Origin: Alphaproteobacteria bacterium
Lineage (GTDB): Bacteria > Pseudomonadota > Alphaproteobacteria > SP197
Length of the DNA stretch: 64,000 nucleotides
Assembly (NCBI GenBank): GCA_965228895.1
Contig: OZ245842.1
Location: 1,984,001 to 2,048,000 of the forward strand
Reading direction: 5' to 3'
Made by a program: the position numbers and the translations under genes. Shown here piece after piece: positions 47,151-56,183 of this stretch (positions within the stretch are counted from its first letter, which is position 1; each line of letters starts with the position of its first letter). A model generated the notes under the pieces. The model searched no databases. It was given only the letters and a program-made list of their open reading frames with translations, and was not told the origin of the DNA.

Positions 47151-48380
47151 TCAAAGGGCTCCGGTGGCCACCCGCCGGTGGCGGGTCACCTGACGATAGG
47201 CCGCGAAGACGCTATAGACCGCCGCGACCGCCAGCAAGGTGGCCGGAAAGGCGCCGGGACCCCAGGCGGACATCGCGCTGCCGACGGTCAGGGGACCGAT
47301 CATGCCGCCGATACCGAAGGTCAGGCTGAAGACGGCGTTGGCGGCAATCAGGGCGTTGCCCGTGAAGCGCTGACCCAGAAGCGTCATGCCGACGGTGAAC
47401 GTCCCGCCCATGGCGCCTCCCCAAAATATCATGGTCAGCCAGAGCGCCAGGCCGTCCAAGCTGTACCAGGGCGCCAGACCGCCATGGATCACATGCGGCA
47501 GCAAGGCGCAGGCAATGGCGATTACCGTGACACATCCGACCAGCATCCAACCACGGTCCACCCGGTCGGCCAGCCAACCGATCGGCATCTGCCAAAAGAT
47601 GGCACCGATCAGCCCGGTCCAGATCACCGCGTATCCGATGTTGCGGTAGGCGTCGCCCAGCATGTCCATCGTGTAGAGGTGGCCAAACGACATCAGCCCG
47701 CCGTCGACGAAGCCGAACATGGCACCGGACAACAGGACGGTTGGCGCAACAAGAAAGGCGCCCCACATGGATGCGCCGGAGGTGTCCGTGGCGTGCTTGG
47801 CGCCGGTCTCCAGGTTAATCGAGCGGGTCGGCAGCAGCAGGAGCATCGCCGGAACAATGCAGGCGGCAGCGATCAGGAAGGGCAGCCAGCCGCTGCTGTC
47901 GACGCTGCCGGCGATGATCGGGCCCAAGGTCCAGCCCGCCATGCCGACGGTGCTGTAGACACCGATCCAGCGCCCGCGCGAACGGTCATCCAGGATCCGG
48001 TTGATCCAGGTTTCGCCGGCAAGAAACAGCAACGCGTTACCCAGGCCGAAGCAGAACCTGAGCGGGAACCACACGATCACATCGCGAAAGGCTGGAAGTA
48101 GCAGGATGGTCACGAAGACCATGGTCATGCCAATCAGTGCCGCCCGAAAGAAACCGAGGCGCGGGATGATCCGGGTTGCCAGCAGCGAAATGATCAAAAT
48201 TCCGACGAACTGCGACGCGGCGTTAAGCCCGATGATCGATTCGTCGACGCCCTGATCGCGCAGAATTTCGGCGAGCAGCGGCCAGGTCATGCCGGTCGTG
48301 ATGGCCATAACGGCGAGCGAGGCGATCAGGGCAATCAGGCAGGACCGCCGCTGTTGTCCGGTCAGAACAATCTCACTCAT
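47151..48380 (-). CDS. MFS transporter
   Basis: About 12 TM helices, ETWIN.....RGR..G.Y, Q.PIGWLADR.DR. Confidence 0.88.
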   Translation of the reverse strand: MSEIVLTGQQRRSCLIALIASLAVMAITTGMTWPLLAEILRDQGVDESIIGLNAASQFVGILIISLLATRIIPRLGFFRAALIGMTMVFVTILLLPAFRDVIVWFPLRFCFGLGNALLFLAGETWINRILDDRSRGRWIGVYSTVGMAGWTLGPIIAGSVDSSGWLPFLIAAACIVPAMLLLLPTRSINLETGAKHATDTSGASMWGAFLVAPTVLLSGAMFGFVDGGLMSFGHLYTMDMLGDAYRNIGYAVIWTGLIGAIFWQMPIGWLADRVDRGWMLVGCVTVIAIACALLPHVIHGGLAPWYSLDGLALWLTMIFWGGAMGGTFTVGMTLLGQRFTGNALIAANAVFSLTFGIGGMIGPLTVGSAMSAWGPGAFPATLLAVAAVYSVFAAYRQVTRHRRVATGAL

Positions 48381-49065
48381 GGTCGATTCGTTGCCGCATG
48401 CCGACATAGTGGAGGAAAGGGACAGGTGCGGCGTGATCTGCTTTGTGGCCCTGCTGCCAGCGCTGCTCGGCTTGCTGCAGCACAAACTCCGTGACATCGA
48501 CGATAGGCAGCCGAAAAGCCTCACGCAGTGGCAGCCAGTGCAGGTCTTCCAGTTCGCCGTCTTCGATCAGGTCACCTTCAGCTTCGTTCGCGTCGGCCAA
48601 AAAGAACCGCGTGTTGAAACGCTTGTGCGACATGGTCGGCGTCAGCGCGCGGGCAATGTAATCCAACGACATCAGATCGGGACCACCACCGGCATGGCGC
48701 AGGGCATGCCAGAAATCCGATTGCGGTGCCTGCTCCAGGACGTCGCTTATCGCTCGATCGATCAGCAGATAGCCGGTCTCTTCATGGGTTTCGCGCAGTG
48801 CCGCGATGGCGATCGAGACCGCATGGGCTTGCGTGGTTCGCCGTGTGAGTTTCTGCTGCAGGCCGCTAGGCAGGTTAAGGCCCTTGGGCACGACGCGGTC
48901 GTGCCGGTCGACCCGGCCGCCGGGAAAGACATAGATGTTGGGCAGGAAGCTCGCACGTTTGCGCCGCCGGCCCATCAGCACCTCGGGGTTGTCACCTCTG
49001 CCGCGAAGCAGAACGATGCTGGCGGCGTCGCGCGGCCGCACCCTGGGCGGCGTAGTCTCCGGCAT
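48373..49065 (-). CDS. NUDIX hydrolase
   Basis: RPRDAAS, VFPGGRVD, AALRETHEETG, RA.TP....RF.TRFF. Confidence 0.88.
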   Translation of the reverse strand: MPETTPPRVRPRDAASIVLLRGRGDNPEVLMGRRRKRASFLPNIYVFPGGRVDRHDRVVPKGLNLPSGLQQKLTRRTTQAHAVSIAIAALRETHEETGYLLIDRAISDVLEQAPQSDFWHALRHAGGGPDLMSLDYIARALTPTMSHKRFNTRFFLADANEAEGDLIEDGELEDLHWLPLREAFRLPIVDVTEFVLQQAEQRWQQGHKADHAAPVPFLHYVGMRQRIDHE

Positions 49066-49154
49066 GATGGGAACCTAATGGGGTCGAGGAAGCGGCCATG
49101 CTCCTCAATTGCCGGGCGCGTGTCCAGCGCCCGATACGTTCGGCCTTGACGGCG

Positions 49155-49424
49155 TCAAGCTTCGCCGAGAATCGCGCGTCCGGTGTCGGTAAGGCGGCAA
49201 ACGAGCCAGTCGGGTTTGATAGGGTTGGCGATCCATGGTTCGGCCCAACCTTGGCGCACGCAGCTTCGAATCGTGCGCGGATCGACCTCGCGGCCGTCTT
49301 CGTCAAACAGGGGCAGTTTGCCGCCGGGCTGATCAAGCCCGCGCTGCAACCAGCGCCGCTGGACCGGCGTGGGCCGTGCGGCATCGTTGCTTGTACTTTG
49401 GTTCACAGCTGCATCTGCGCTCAT
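49155..49424 (-). CDS. Hypothetical protein, 89 aa
   Basis: Q..WL.RGL.QPGGKLPLFD..G..V...TI.SC...GW.EPW..NP.KPDWLVC.LT..G; AAGGGGG RBS and own promoter. Confidence 0.8.
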   Translation of the reverse strand: MSADAAVNQSTSNDAARPTPVQRRWLQRGLDQPGGKLPLFDEDGREVDPRTIRSCVRQGWAEPWIANPIKPDWLVCRLTDTGRAILGEA

Positions 49425-49461
49425 TCGGGCCCCCTTTTTGGCGCCACGTTCGGGCGCTCTC

Positions 49462-49501
49462 TTGTGCGCCGCATTGTAGCCGTAATTCTAACCGCTGGCG
49501 A
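49462..49501 (-). promoter_or_regulatory. Promoter TCGCCA-N17-TACAAT with abutting PhaR-type operator
   Basis: Minus strand TACAATGCGGCGCACAA; operator at 49462-49473. Confidence 0.65.
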
Positions 49502-49508
49502 CTCGGCC

Positions 49509-51761
49509 TCAATGACGCCGGTCACGCCGTTTCGTTTTGCCCTTTTTGCCGGATTTGCGCTTGCCGCCAGATTTTGAGCCACGTGGCGGGCGCCCGGATG
49601 CCTCTGAACCGCCTTCAACCAGATCAAAACTCAAACCGGCGGTGACCGGTTCGACTTCCGCGACCTTGACGGTGACGGGTTCGCCGAGATCGTAGCGCAC
49701 GCCATGGCCGACCAGTTGCTGGCGTCCCTCCATGTAGCGGAACGGACCGCCGTGGAGCCGGCTTGCCGGCAACAGACCGTCGGCGCCGGTTTCATCCAGG
49801 CGCACGAACAAGCCGAAGCGGCCGATGCCGGTCACGCGCCCGGTCATGGTGGCGCCAATCCGATCGGCCATGAACGAGACGACGAAGCGATCGACAGCGT
49901 CACGCTCGGCACGCACCGCGCGCCGTTCCATGGCCGAGAGATGAACGCCGACCTTGTCGAACGCGCTGCCAGCGTCTTCCGGCAGGGCGCCATCGCCCAG
50001 ATCGAATGCGCCGATCAAGGCGCGATGGACCAGCAGATCGGCGTAGCGGCGGATCGGCGAAGTGAAATGGCAGTAAGCCGACAAGGCCAAACCGAAATGA
50101 CCGATGTTTTCGGGCGCGTACTCGGCCTGCGCCTGGCTGCGCAGGACAGACTCGTTGACGGCGTCCTGCTGATCTGTACCGCTGACACGTGTCAGGATCT
50201 GGTTGAAGTCGCGCGGACGCAGTTGCGGAGATTTGCGCAGGCTCAAACCCTGGCTTTCCAGGTACTCGCGCAGCGCTTCGGCCTTTTCCGCCGAGGGCTG
50301 ATCGTGGATGCGGTACATCGCCGGCTTGCGCCGTTCTTCTAGCGCCTTGGCTGCGGCGACATTGGCCGCGATCATCAGTTCTTCGATCAGCTTGTGGCTG
50401 TCGTGGCGAACGCGCTGTTGGATCGTCGCGACCTTGCCGTTCTCGCCGACGATGACCTTACGCTCCGGACGTTCGATGTCGAGGGCGCCACGTTCAGCGC
50501 GGGCTTTGCGCAGGGCGTCATAAACGCCATAGAGGTGTGGGATGAGGTCGTCGGGGAGATCGCGTGTGGCGGCGCTGGGTTTGCCGTCGTGATGTCGTTG
50601 GACCTGGTCATACGTAAGCCGTGCGGCCGAACGCATGAGGCCGCGCACGAACTTCCAGCGATGCAGCGCCCCGTCGCTGCCGATCCACAGGTGAACGGCG
50701 ACGCAAGGTCGGTCTTCGTCGGGCCTCAGCGAACACAGGTCGTTGGAGAGACGTTCCGGCAACATCGGCACGACATGATCGGGCAGATAGACGGAGTTGC
50801 CACGGCGATAGGCCGCGCGGTCAAGCGCGCTGCCGGGCCGCACGTAGTGGCTGACATCGGCGATGGCCACAACGGCGTGCCAGGCCGCGCGGCCTGCCTT
50901 GTCCGGTTCCGCCCAGACCGCGTCGTCGTGATCGCGGGCATCGCTGTCATCGATTGTCACCAGCGGCATCTGCCGCAAGTCTTCTCGCTTGCCCAGTTTG
51001 GTCACCGGTTCGGCCGATGCAGCGACCTCCAACGCCTCTTCGGGAAATCGTGTGGGGATGCCGTGACTGGCGATCGCGATCAGGCTGATGGCTTCGGGAT
51101 CGGTGAGGGCGCCCAGCCGCTTGACGACGGTCGCCTGACCGAGCCCGCGGTGGCGTTGCGGGACGGTTTCGGCAAGCACAAGGTCGCCCGATTCAAGATC
51201 GATATTCGACGGTACCGAAGCGGCGAAGTTTCGCGCCATGCGCCGGTCGGTCGGCTCGATGCGGTCGCCGGCCGGTGTCTTGCGATAGACGCCAACGACA
51301 CGTTCGAGGTCGCGGTCGAGCAGGCGTTTGACCTTGCCGGTGAAGCTGCCGTCGTCGTTGCGGCGAAGCGTGACGAGCGCTCGGTCACCGATACCGGGAT
51401 CGGGCACGCGTCCGCGCGATGGGAGCAAACGGATGCGAGGTGGCGGACCGTCGCCTTGCCACATCATCGGTTCGGCGATGGGTTCGCCGTCGTCGTCAAG
51501 GCCGACAACCTCGATCGCGGCTTCGGCACCCAGCGTGCCGGGAACGCGCAGCCGTCGGCCGGCTTCCCGGCCAATCAAGCCTTCGTCTTTGAGCTCACGG
51601 ATCAGGCGATTGAGTTCGGCGCGTGGATGGCTGCCGGTTATCCGAAATGCGCGTGCGATGTCACGCTTGCTGACGCGGCCGGGGTTTTCGGTGATGAATG
51701 CGAGAATGTCGTCGCGTGACGGCAGGGATCCGGGTTCAGGTTTCCGCTTGGGCATGGTCAT
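49509..51761 (-). CDS. rnr: Ribonuclease R
   Basis: TIDDSDARDHDDAV, IADVSHYV, RGNSVY, HFTSPIRRYADL, S1 domain, basic tail. Confidence 0.95.
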   Translation of the reverse strand: MTMPKRKPEPGSLPSRDDILAFITENPGRVSKRDIARAFRITGSHPRAELNRLIRELKDEGLIGREAGRRLRVPGTLGAEAAIEVVGLDDDGEPIAEPMMWQGDGPPPRIRLLPSRGRVPDPGIGDRALVTLRRNDDGSFTGKVKRLLDRDLERVVGVYRKTPAGDRIEPTDRRMARNFAASVPSNIDLESGDLVLAETVPQRHRGLGQATVVKRLGALTDPEAISLIAIASHGIPTRFPEEALEVAASAEPVTKLGKREDLRQMPLVTIDDSDARDHDDAVWAEPDKAGRAAWHAVVAIADVSHYVRPGSALDRAAYRRGNSVYLPDHVVPMLPERLSNDLCSLRPDEDRPCVAVHLWIGSDGALHRWKFVRGLMRSAARLTYDQVQRHHDGKPSAATRDLPDDLIPHLYGVYDALRKARAERGALDIERPERKVIVGENGKVATIQQRVRHDSHKLIEELMIAANVAAAKALEERRKPAMYRIHDQPSAEKAEALREYLESQGLSLRKSPQLRPRDFNQILTRVSGTDQQDAVNESVLRSQAQAEYAPENIGHFGLALSAYCHFTSPIRRYADLLVHRALIGAFDLGDGALPEDAGSAFDKVGVHLSAMERRAVRAERDAVDRFVVSFMADRIGATMTGRVTGIGRFGLFVRLDETGADGLLPASRLHGGPFRYMEGRQQLVGHGVRYDLGEPVTVKVAEVEPVTAGLSFDLVEGGSEASGRPPRGSKSGGKRKSGKKGKTKRRDRRH

Positions 51762-54408
51762 CGGCCTTGCCGTCGGTGTCGGGCTTTGCCTTGGCCTTCT
51801 TCGCGGATGGCTTCTTCGCGGCTGTTTTCTTGGCTGTCGCTTTTTTCTTCGTTGTAGATTTCTTTGCCTTCTTTGGTTTCTTGGCGCCTTTCTTCGCGGC
51901 CTTTTCGGCGAGCAGGGTTACGGCCTGCTCCATGGTGATGTCCTCGATCTCGACCGATTTCGGCACCGACGCGAAGATGCGATTGTGTTCGATATAGGGC
52001 CCGTAACGGCCCTTTTTGATGACGACGGGTTTTTCGTCGTCGGGGTGGGCACCCAGTTCACGCAGCGGTTCCGCGGCAACCCGTCCGCCACGCGACTTGC
52101 CCTCGGCAATCACGGTGACCGCGCGGTTCAAACCGATGGTCAGGATGTCGTCGTCTTTGGGCAGCGAGACATACTTGTCGCCGTGTTTCAAAAACGGACC
52201 ATAGCGGCCGATGCCCGCGACGACCGGTTTCCCGTCTTCGGGATGCGCGCCGATATCGCGCGGCAGGCTGAGCAAGCGAAGCGCGCGGTCCAGGTCGACA
52301 TCGCCCGGCGCTGTGCCGCGGGGCAAGCCGGTGCGTTTCGGTTTCTTTTCCTTGTCTTCAGGATCGGCTTCGCCGAGCTGTACATAGTGGCCATAAGGGC
52401 CCTTGCGCAAGGAAACGGGCAGGCCCGTCTCGGGATCATCACCGAGCTGCTTGGGACCCGCGTTGGTTTCGTCATCGCCATCTTTGGCGTCGGCGATCAG
52501 CGGCCGGGTGAACTTGCAGTCCGGATAGTTCGAGCAGCCAACAAAAGCACCGAACTTGCCGAGCTTAAGCCCCAGCTTGCCGTCGGCACAGGCGGAGCAG
52601 ACGCGACTGTCTTCGCCGTTGCCGCGCGGCGGGAAGACGTGCGCTTCCAGAATCGTCTCGATCCGCGCAAGTACGTCCGAGCGCTGTAGTTCCGCCGCGC
52701 CTTCCACCGCCATATGGAAGGCGTTCCAGAACTCGCGCAGCACGTCTTTCCAATTGAGCTCGCCGTTCGAGATACGATCGAGCTCCGTTTCCAGGTCGGC
52801 GGTAAAGCCGTATTCGACGTATTGCGGGAAGAAGCTTTCCAGGAACGCGGTGACCAGGCGCCCGCGATCCTGCGGCACGAACCGTTTGCGGTCCAAGACC
52901 ACGTAGTCGCGATCCTGCAACACGCTGATGATCGAGGCGTAGGTCGAGGGCCGGCCGATGCCGAGTTCCTCGAGACGTTTGACGAGGCTTGCCTCGGTAA
53001 AGCGCGGCGGCGGCTCGGTGAAGTGCTGTTCGGGCCTGACGTCACGGCGTTCCATCGGTTCGCCTTCCTTGACGTCCGGCAGGCGCTTTTCCTTCTCGTC
53101 GTCGTCGCCCTGGTCGTCGCGGCCTTCAAGGTAGAGTTTCATGAAACCGTCGAAGGCGACGACCGAGCCGGTCACGCGCAGGACGACATCATGCTTGGGC
53201 GTGGCGATATCAACGGCAACTTGATCGAGGATGGCGGACGCCATTTGGCTCGCCAGCGCGCGTTTCCAGATGAGCTCGTAGAGGCGGCGCTGATCGGTAT
53301 CGAGATAACTGCCGATCGACTCCGGCGTGCGGTCGAAGCCGGTGGGGCGAATGGCCTCATGGGCTTCCTGTGCGTTCTTGGCCGACGAACGGAACTGGCG
53401 CGGCTGTTCGGGCAGATAATCTTTGCCGAACTTGGAGCCGATCAGGTCGCGCGCGCCGTTCAGCGCGACGCCGGCCATCGAAACGCTGTCGGTCCGCATG
53501 TAGGTAATCAGGCCGACGGTCTCGCCGCCAATATCAATGCCTTCATACAAGCGCTGGGCCATCTGCATGGTGTGGCGCGCGTTGAAGCCAAGCTTGCGCG
53601 ATGCTTCCTGCTGCAGGGTCGAGGTGATGAACGGTGGCTGCGGGTTGCGGCGGACCTGTTTGCGTTCGACATTGGCGACGGCAAACGTGCCTTCGCGAAT
53701 GCGTCGCGCTGCGGCCTCTGCTGCGCCGCGTTCGCCGAGCGCGAACTTGTCGAGTTTGGCGCCATCCAATTGGGTCAGCCGCGCGGTCAGGATCTTACCG
53801 TCGGCCTTGGCGAAGTCGGCCTCGACCGACCAGTACTCCCTCGGTACGAAGGTCTCGATTTCGGACTCACGCGCACAGATCAGCCTTAGCGCGACCGACT
53901 GCACGCGGCCCGCCGAACGGCTGCCTGGCAGCTTGCGCCACAGAACCGGCGACAGGTTGAAGCCGACCAGATAGTCGAGCGCACGCCGCGCCTGCTGCGC
54001 GTTGACCAGATCCATGTCGATATCGCGCGGATGCGACATCGCATCGTTGACGGCGTCTTTGGTGATCTCATGGAACACAATCCGCCTGACGGCCGTGCCG
54101 TTCAGCGCCTTCTGGTCTTTCAGCCAGTTCAGCAAATGCCACGAGATCGCCTCGCCCTCGCGATCGGGGTCAGTCGCCAGATAAAGGTTATCGGCGCCCT
54201 TGACCGCGCTGGCGATAGCCTTGAGCTGTTTCATCGAGCGCTCGTTCGTTTCATAGAGCATCTCGAAGTCTTTGTCGGGCAGCACCGAACCGTCCTTCGA
54301 AGGAAGGTCCGACACATGCCCATAGCTCGCGAGCACCGAGAAGTCGCTGCCAAGGTACTTCTCGATCGTCTTTGCCTTAGCGGGTGACTCGACGACAACG
54401 ACGTTCAT
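51736..54408 (-). CDS. topA: DNA topoisomerase I
   Basis: VVESPAKAKTI, ATDPDREGEAI, SAGRVQS, ITYMRTDS, one Zn ribbon, Topo-C repeats, Lys-rich tail. Confidence 0.96.
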   Translation of the reverse strand: MNVVVVESPAKAKTIEKYLGSDFSVLASYGHVSDLPSKDGSVLPDKDFEMLYETNERSMKQLKAIASAVKGADNLYLATDPDREGEAISWHLLNWLKDQKALNGTAVRRIVFHEITKDAVNDAMSHPRDIDMDLVNAQQARRALDYLVGFNLSPVLWRKLPGSRSAGRVQSVALRLICARESEIETFVPREYWSVEADFAKADGKILTARLTQLDGAKLDKFALGERGAAEAAARRIREGTFAVANVERKQVRRNPQPPFITSTLQQEASRKLGFNARHTMQMAQRLYEGIDIGGETVGLITYMRTDSVSMAGVALNGARDLIGSKFGKDYLPEQPRQFRSSAKNAQEAHEAIRPTGFDRTPESIGSYLDTDQRRLYELIWKRALASQMASAILDQVAVDIATPKHDVVLRVTGSVVAFDGFMKLYLEGRDDQGDDDEKEKRLPDVKEGEPMERRDVRPEQHFTEPPPRFTEASLVKRLEELGIGRPSTYASIISVLQDRDYVVLDRKRFVPQDRGRLVTAFLESFFPQYVEYGFTADLETELDRISNGELNWKDVLREFWNAFHMAVEGAAELQRSDVLARIETILEAHVFPPRGNGEDSRVCSACADGKLGLKLGKFGAFVGCSNYPDCKFTRPLIADAKDGDDETNAGPKQLGDDPETGLPVSLRKGPYGHYVQLGEADPEDKEKKPKRTGLPRGTAPGDVDLDRALRLLSLPRDIGAHPEDGKPVVAGIGRYGPFLKHGDKYVSLPKDDDILTIGLNRAVTVIAEGKSRGGRVAAEPLRELGAHPDDEKPVVIKKGRYGPYIEHNRIFASVPKSVEIEDITMEQAVTLLAEKAAKKGAKKPKKAKKSTTKKKATAKKTAAKKPSAKKAKAKPDTDGKADDHAQAET

Positions 54409-54461
54409 CACGTGGCCCAATATGTCTTGGAAAACATGAGGGTTTTACTTTAACTTCTTGA

Positions 54462-55565
54462 TTAGGCGAGAGAAATCTTGTTCCCCGGGTGTCTCTCAAT
54501 GCGCCCTTCGAGCTCAAGTTCCATCAGCATGGTCTGAGCGTCAGAAGCGGTTACTTGGCATCGCCGTACGATTTCGTCAACCTCGACGGGCGTCGTGCCC
54601 AGGCAATCCAGGATCCGTTTCGCCATGCTTGCCGGTGCCGAATCCTGGTCGTTCTGGGCCGCTTCGCCAGTTGTCTCTTCGGCGGCGTCGAGCTGAATGC
54701 GGCGGGGTTCCGGGCGGGCCAGCGCCTCGACAATGTCCTCGATGCCTTCGGTCAGAATGGCGCCTTGACGAATTAGATGGTTAGGCCCTCTGGCACGTGG
54801 ATCGCGCGGTGAGCCGGGGACAGCAAAGACGTCGCGACCTTCCTCCGCCGCCAGCCGCGCGGTGATGAGCGCGCCGGATTTCCGAGTCGCCTCGACCACG
54901 ATGACCCCCTGGGCAAGGCCGGCAACCAGCCGGTTGCGCCTCGGGAAGTGTCCGGAGCGTGGTGTCAGGCCGAGTTGCTGTTCGGTAACAATTGCGCCAT
55001 CGGCTTTGAGTTCGCCGTAAAGCGTCTCGTTCTCGGGCGGGTAGATATGGTCGATGCCGCCGGCCAGCACGGCAACGGTGCCAGTCTGCAGCGCGCCCTT
55101 ATGCGCCGCCGTGTCGATGCCGCGCGCCATACCGGACACGACGACAAAGTCCTTTTCGCCGAGATCGCGGGCGAGATCTTCCGTCCAGCGCCGCGCAGCG
55201 GCGGAGGCATTGCGTGCGCCAACGATGGCGACCATAGGCCTGTCGAGCAGTGCAGCCTGGCCGATTACGGAGATCACCGGCGGCGGATCGCGTATCTCGG
55301 CGAGCTGCGGGGGATAGGTGTCTTCACCCCAGACGATCAGGCGTCCGCCCAGCTTCTGAAGCGCGTCGACTTCCTTTTCCGCCTCAGCGGTTGTCGCCAC
55401 CCGTTTCGTCTTCAGGCGTGCGCGTTGCATCAGCGCGGGAAGTTGATCGAGCGCGGCCTGTGCGGAGCCGCATTCGCCTAACAGCTCCTGGAAACGCATG
55501 GGGCCGATGCCGCCGCTTCGTGCCAGCGCCAGGCGCGCCAACCGCTCGGTCGCCTCCAGCACCAT
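54462..55565 (-). CDS. dprA: DNA-processing protein DprA
   Basis: AIVGARNAS, VSGMARGID..AH, FPRRNR, VVEA...SG.LITA, AVPGSP.DPR. Confidence 0.95.
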   Translation of the reverse strand: MVLEATERLARLALARSGGIGPMRFQELLGECGSAQAALDQLPALMQRARLKTKRVATTAEAEKEVDALQKLGGRLIVWGEDTYPPQLAEIRDPPPVISVIGQAALLDRPMVAIVGARNASAAARRWTEDLARDLGEKDFVVVSGMARGIDTAAHKGALQTGTVAVLAGGIDHIYPPENETLYGELKADGAIVTEQQLGLTPRSGHFPRRNRLVAGLAQGVIVVEATRKSGALITARLAAEEGRDVFAVPGSPRDPRARGPNHLIRQGAILTEGIEDIVEALARPEPRRIQLDAAEETTGEAAQNDQDSAPASMAKRILDCLGTTPVEVDEIVRRCQVTASDAQTMLMELELEGRIERHPGNKISLA

Positions 55566-56182
55566 CAGCTTTTACCGATTTTCGGTTCCTCGCCGCGTAC
55601 CAGGCGCAGCATGTTCATGCGATGCTTGAAGAGTGTGAGAAGGGCGAGTACGCCGACCGCCTGCGTATATTGCATGTCATAGGTGAAATACCATACGTAA
55701 CCCACTGATAAAATGGCAGCAATAACGCTCGCCGGTGACACATAACGTGTGACGGCGACGATCACGAGCCAGGTCCCGAAGCCTGCCAGCCCGGCGGGCC
55801 AGGAAATGCCGAGAATGACGCCGAGCCCGGTCGCGATACCTTTGCCGCCTTTGAAACCCAGCCAGATCGGGTACATGTGCCCGACCATGACGGCGACGGC
55901 CGCGACGACCATGTAGTCGGGGCCGCCGAAGTCGAAGGCAAGCAGGACGGCGGCCGCACCCTTCGCGGCGTCGAGCAGCAGCGTTAGCGCAGCGAGTTCC
56001 TTGCGGCCGGTCCTCAGGACATTGGTCGCGCCGATGTTGCCGGAGCCGATCTTGCGTACATCGCCCAGGCCGGCAACGCGAGTGATGATCAGGCCAAACG
56101 GTATGGAACCCATGAGGTAGGCGAGGACAGCACAGGCGTAGATCGGCCAAGTGTATTCAAGCCCGCCCATCAGATCCGGCAT
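55565..56182 (-). CDS. plsY: Glycerol-3-phosphate acyltransferase PlsY
   Basis: YL.GSIPFG, GSGNIGATN, GH..P.W..FKGGKG, KH..N..RL..G.EPK. Confidence 0.95.
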   Translation of the reverse strand: MPDLMGGLEYTWPIYACAVLAYLMGSIPFGLIITRVAGLGDVRKIGSGNIGATNVLRTGRKELAALTLLLDAAKGAAAVLLAFDFGGPDYMVVAAVAVMVGHMYPIWLGFKGGKGIATGLGVILGISWPAGLAGFGTWLVIVAVTRYVSPASVIAAILSVGYVWYFTYDMQYTQAVGVLALLTLFKHRMNMLRLVRGEEPKIGKS

Positions 56183-56183
56183 G

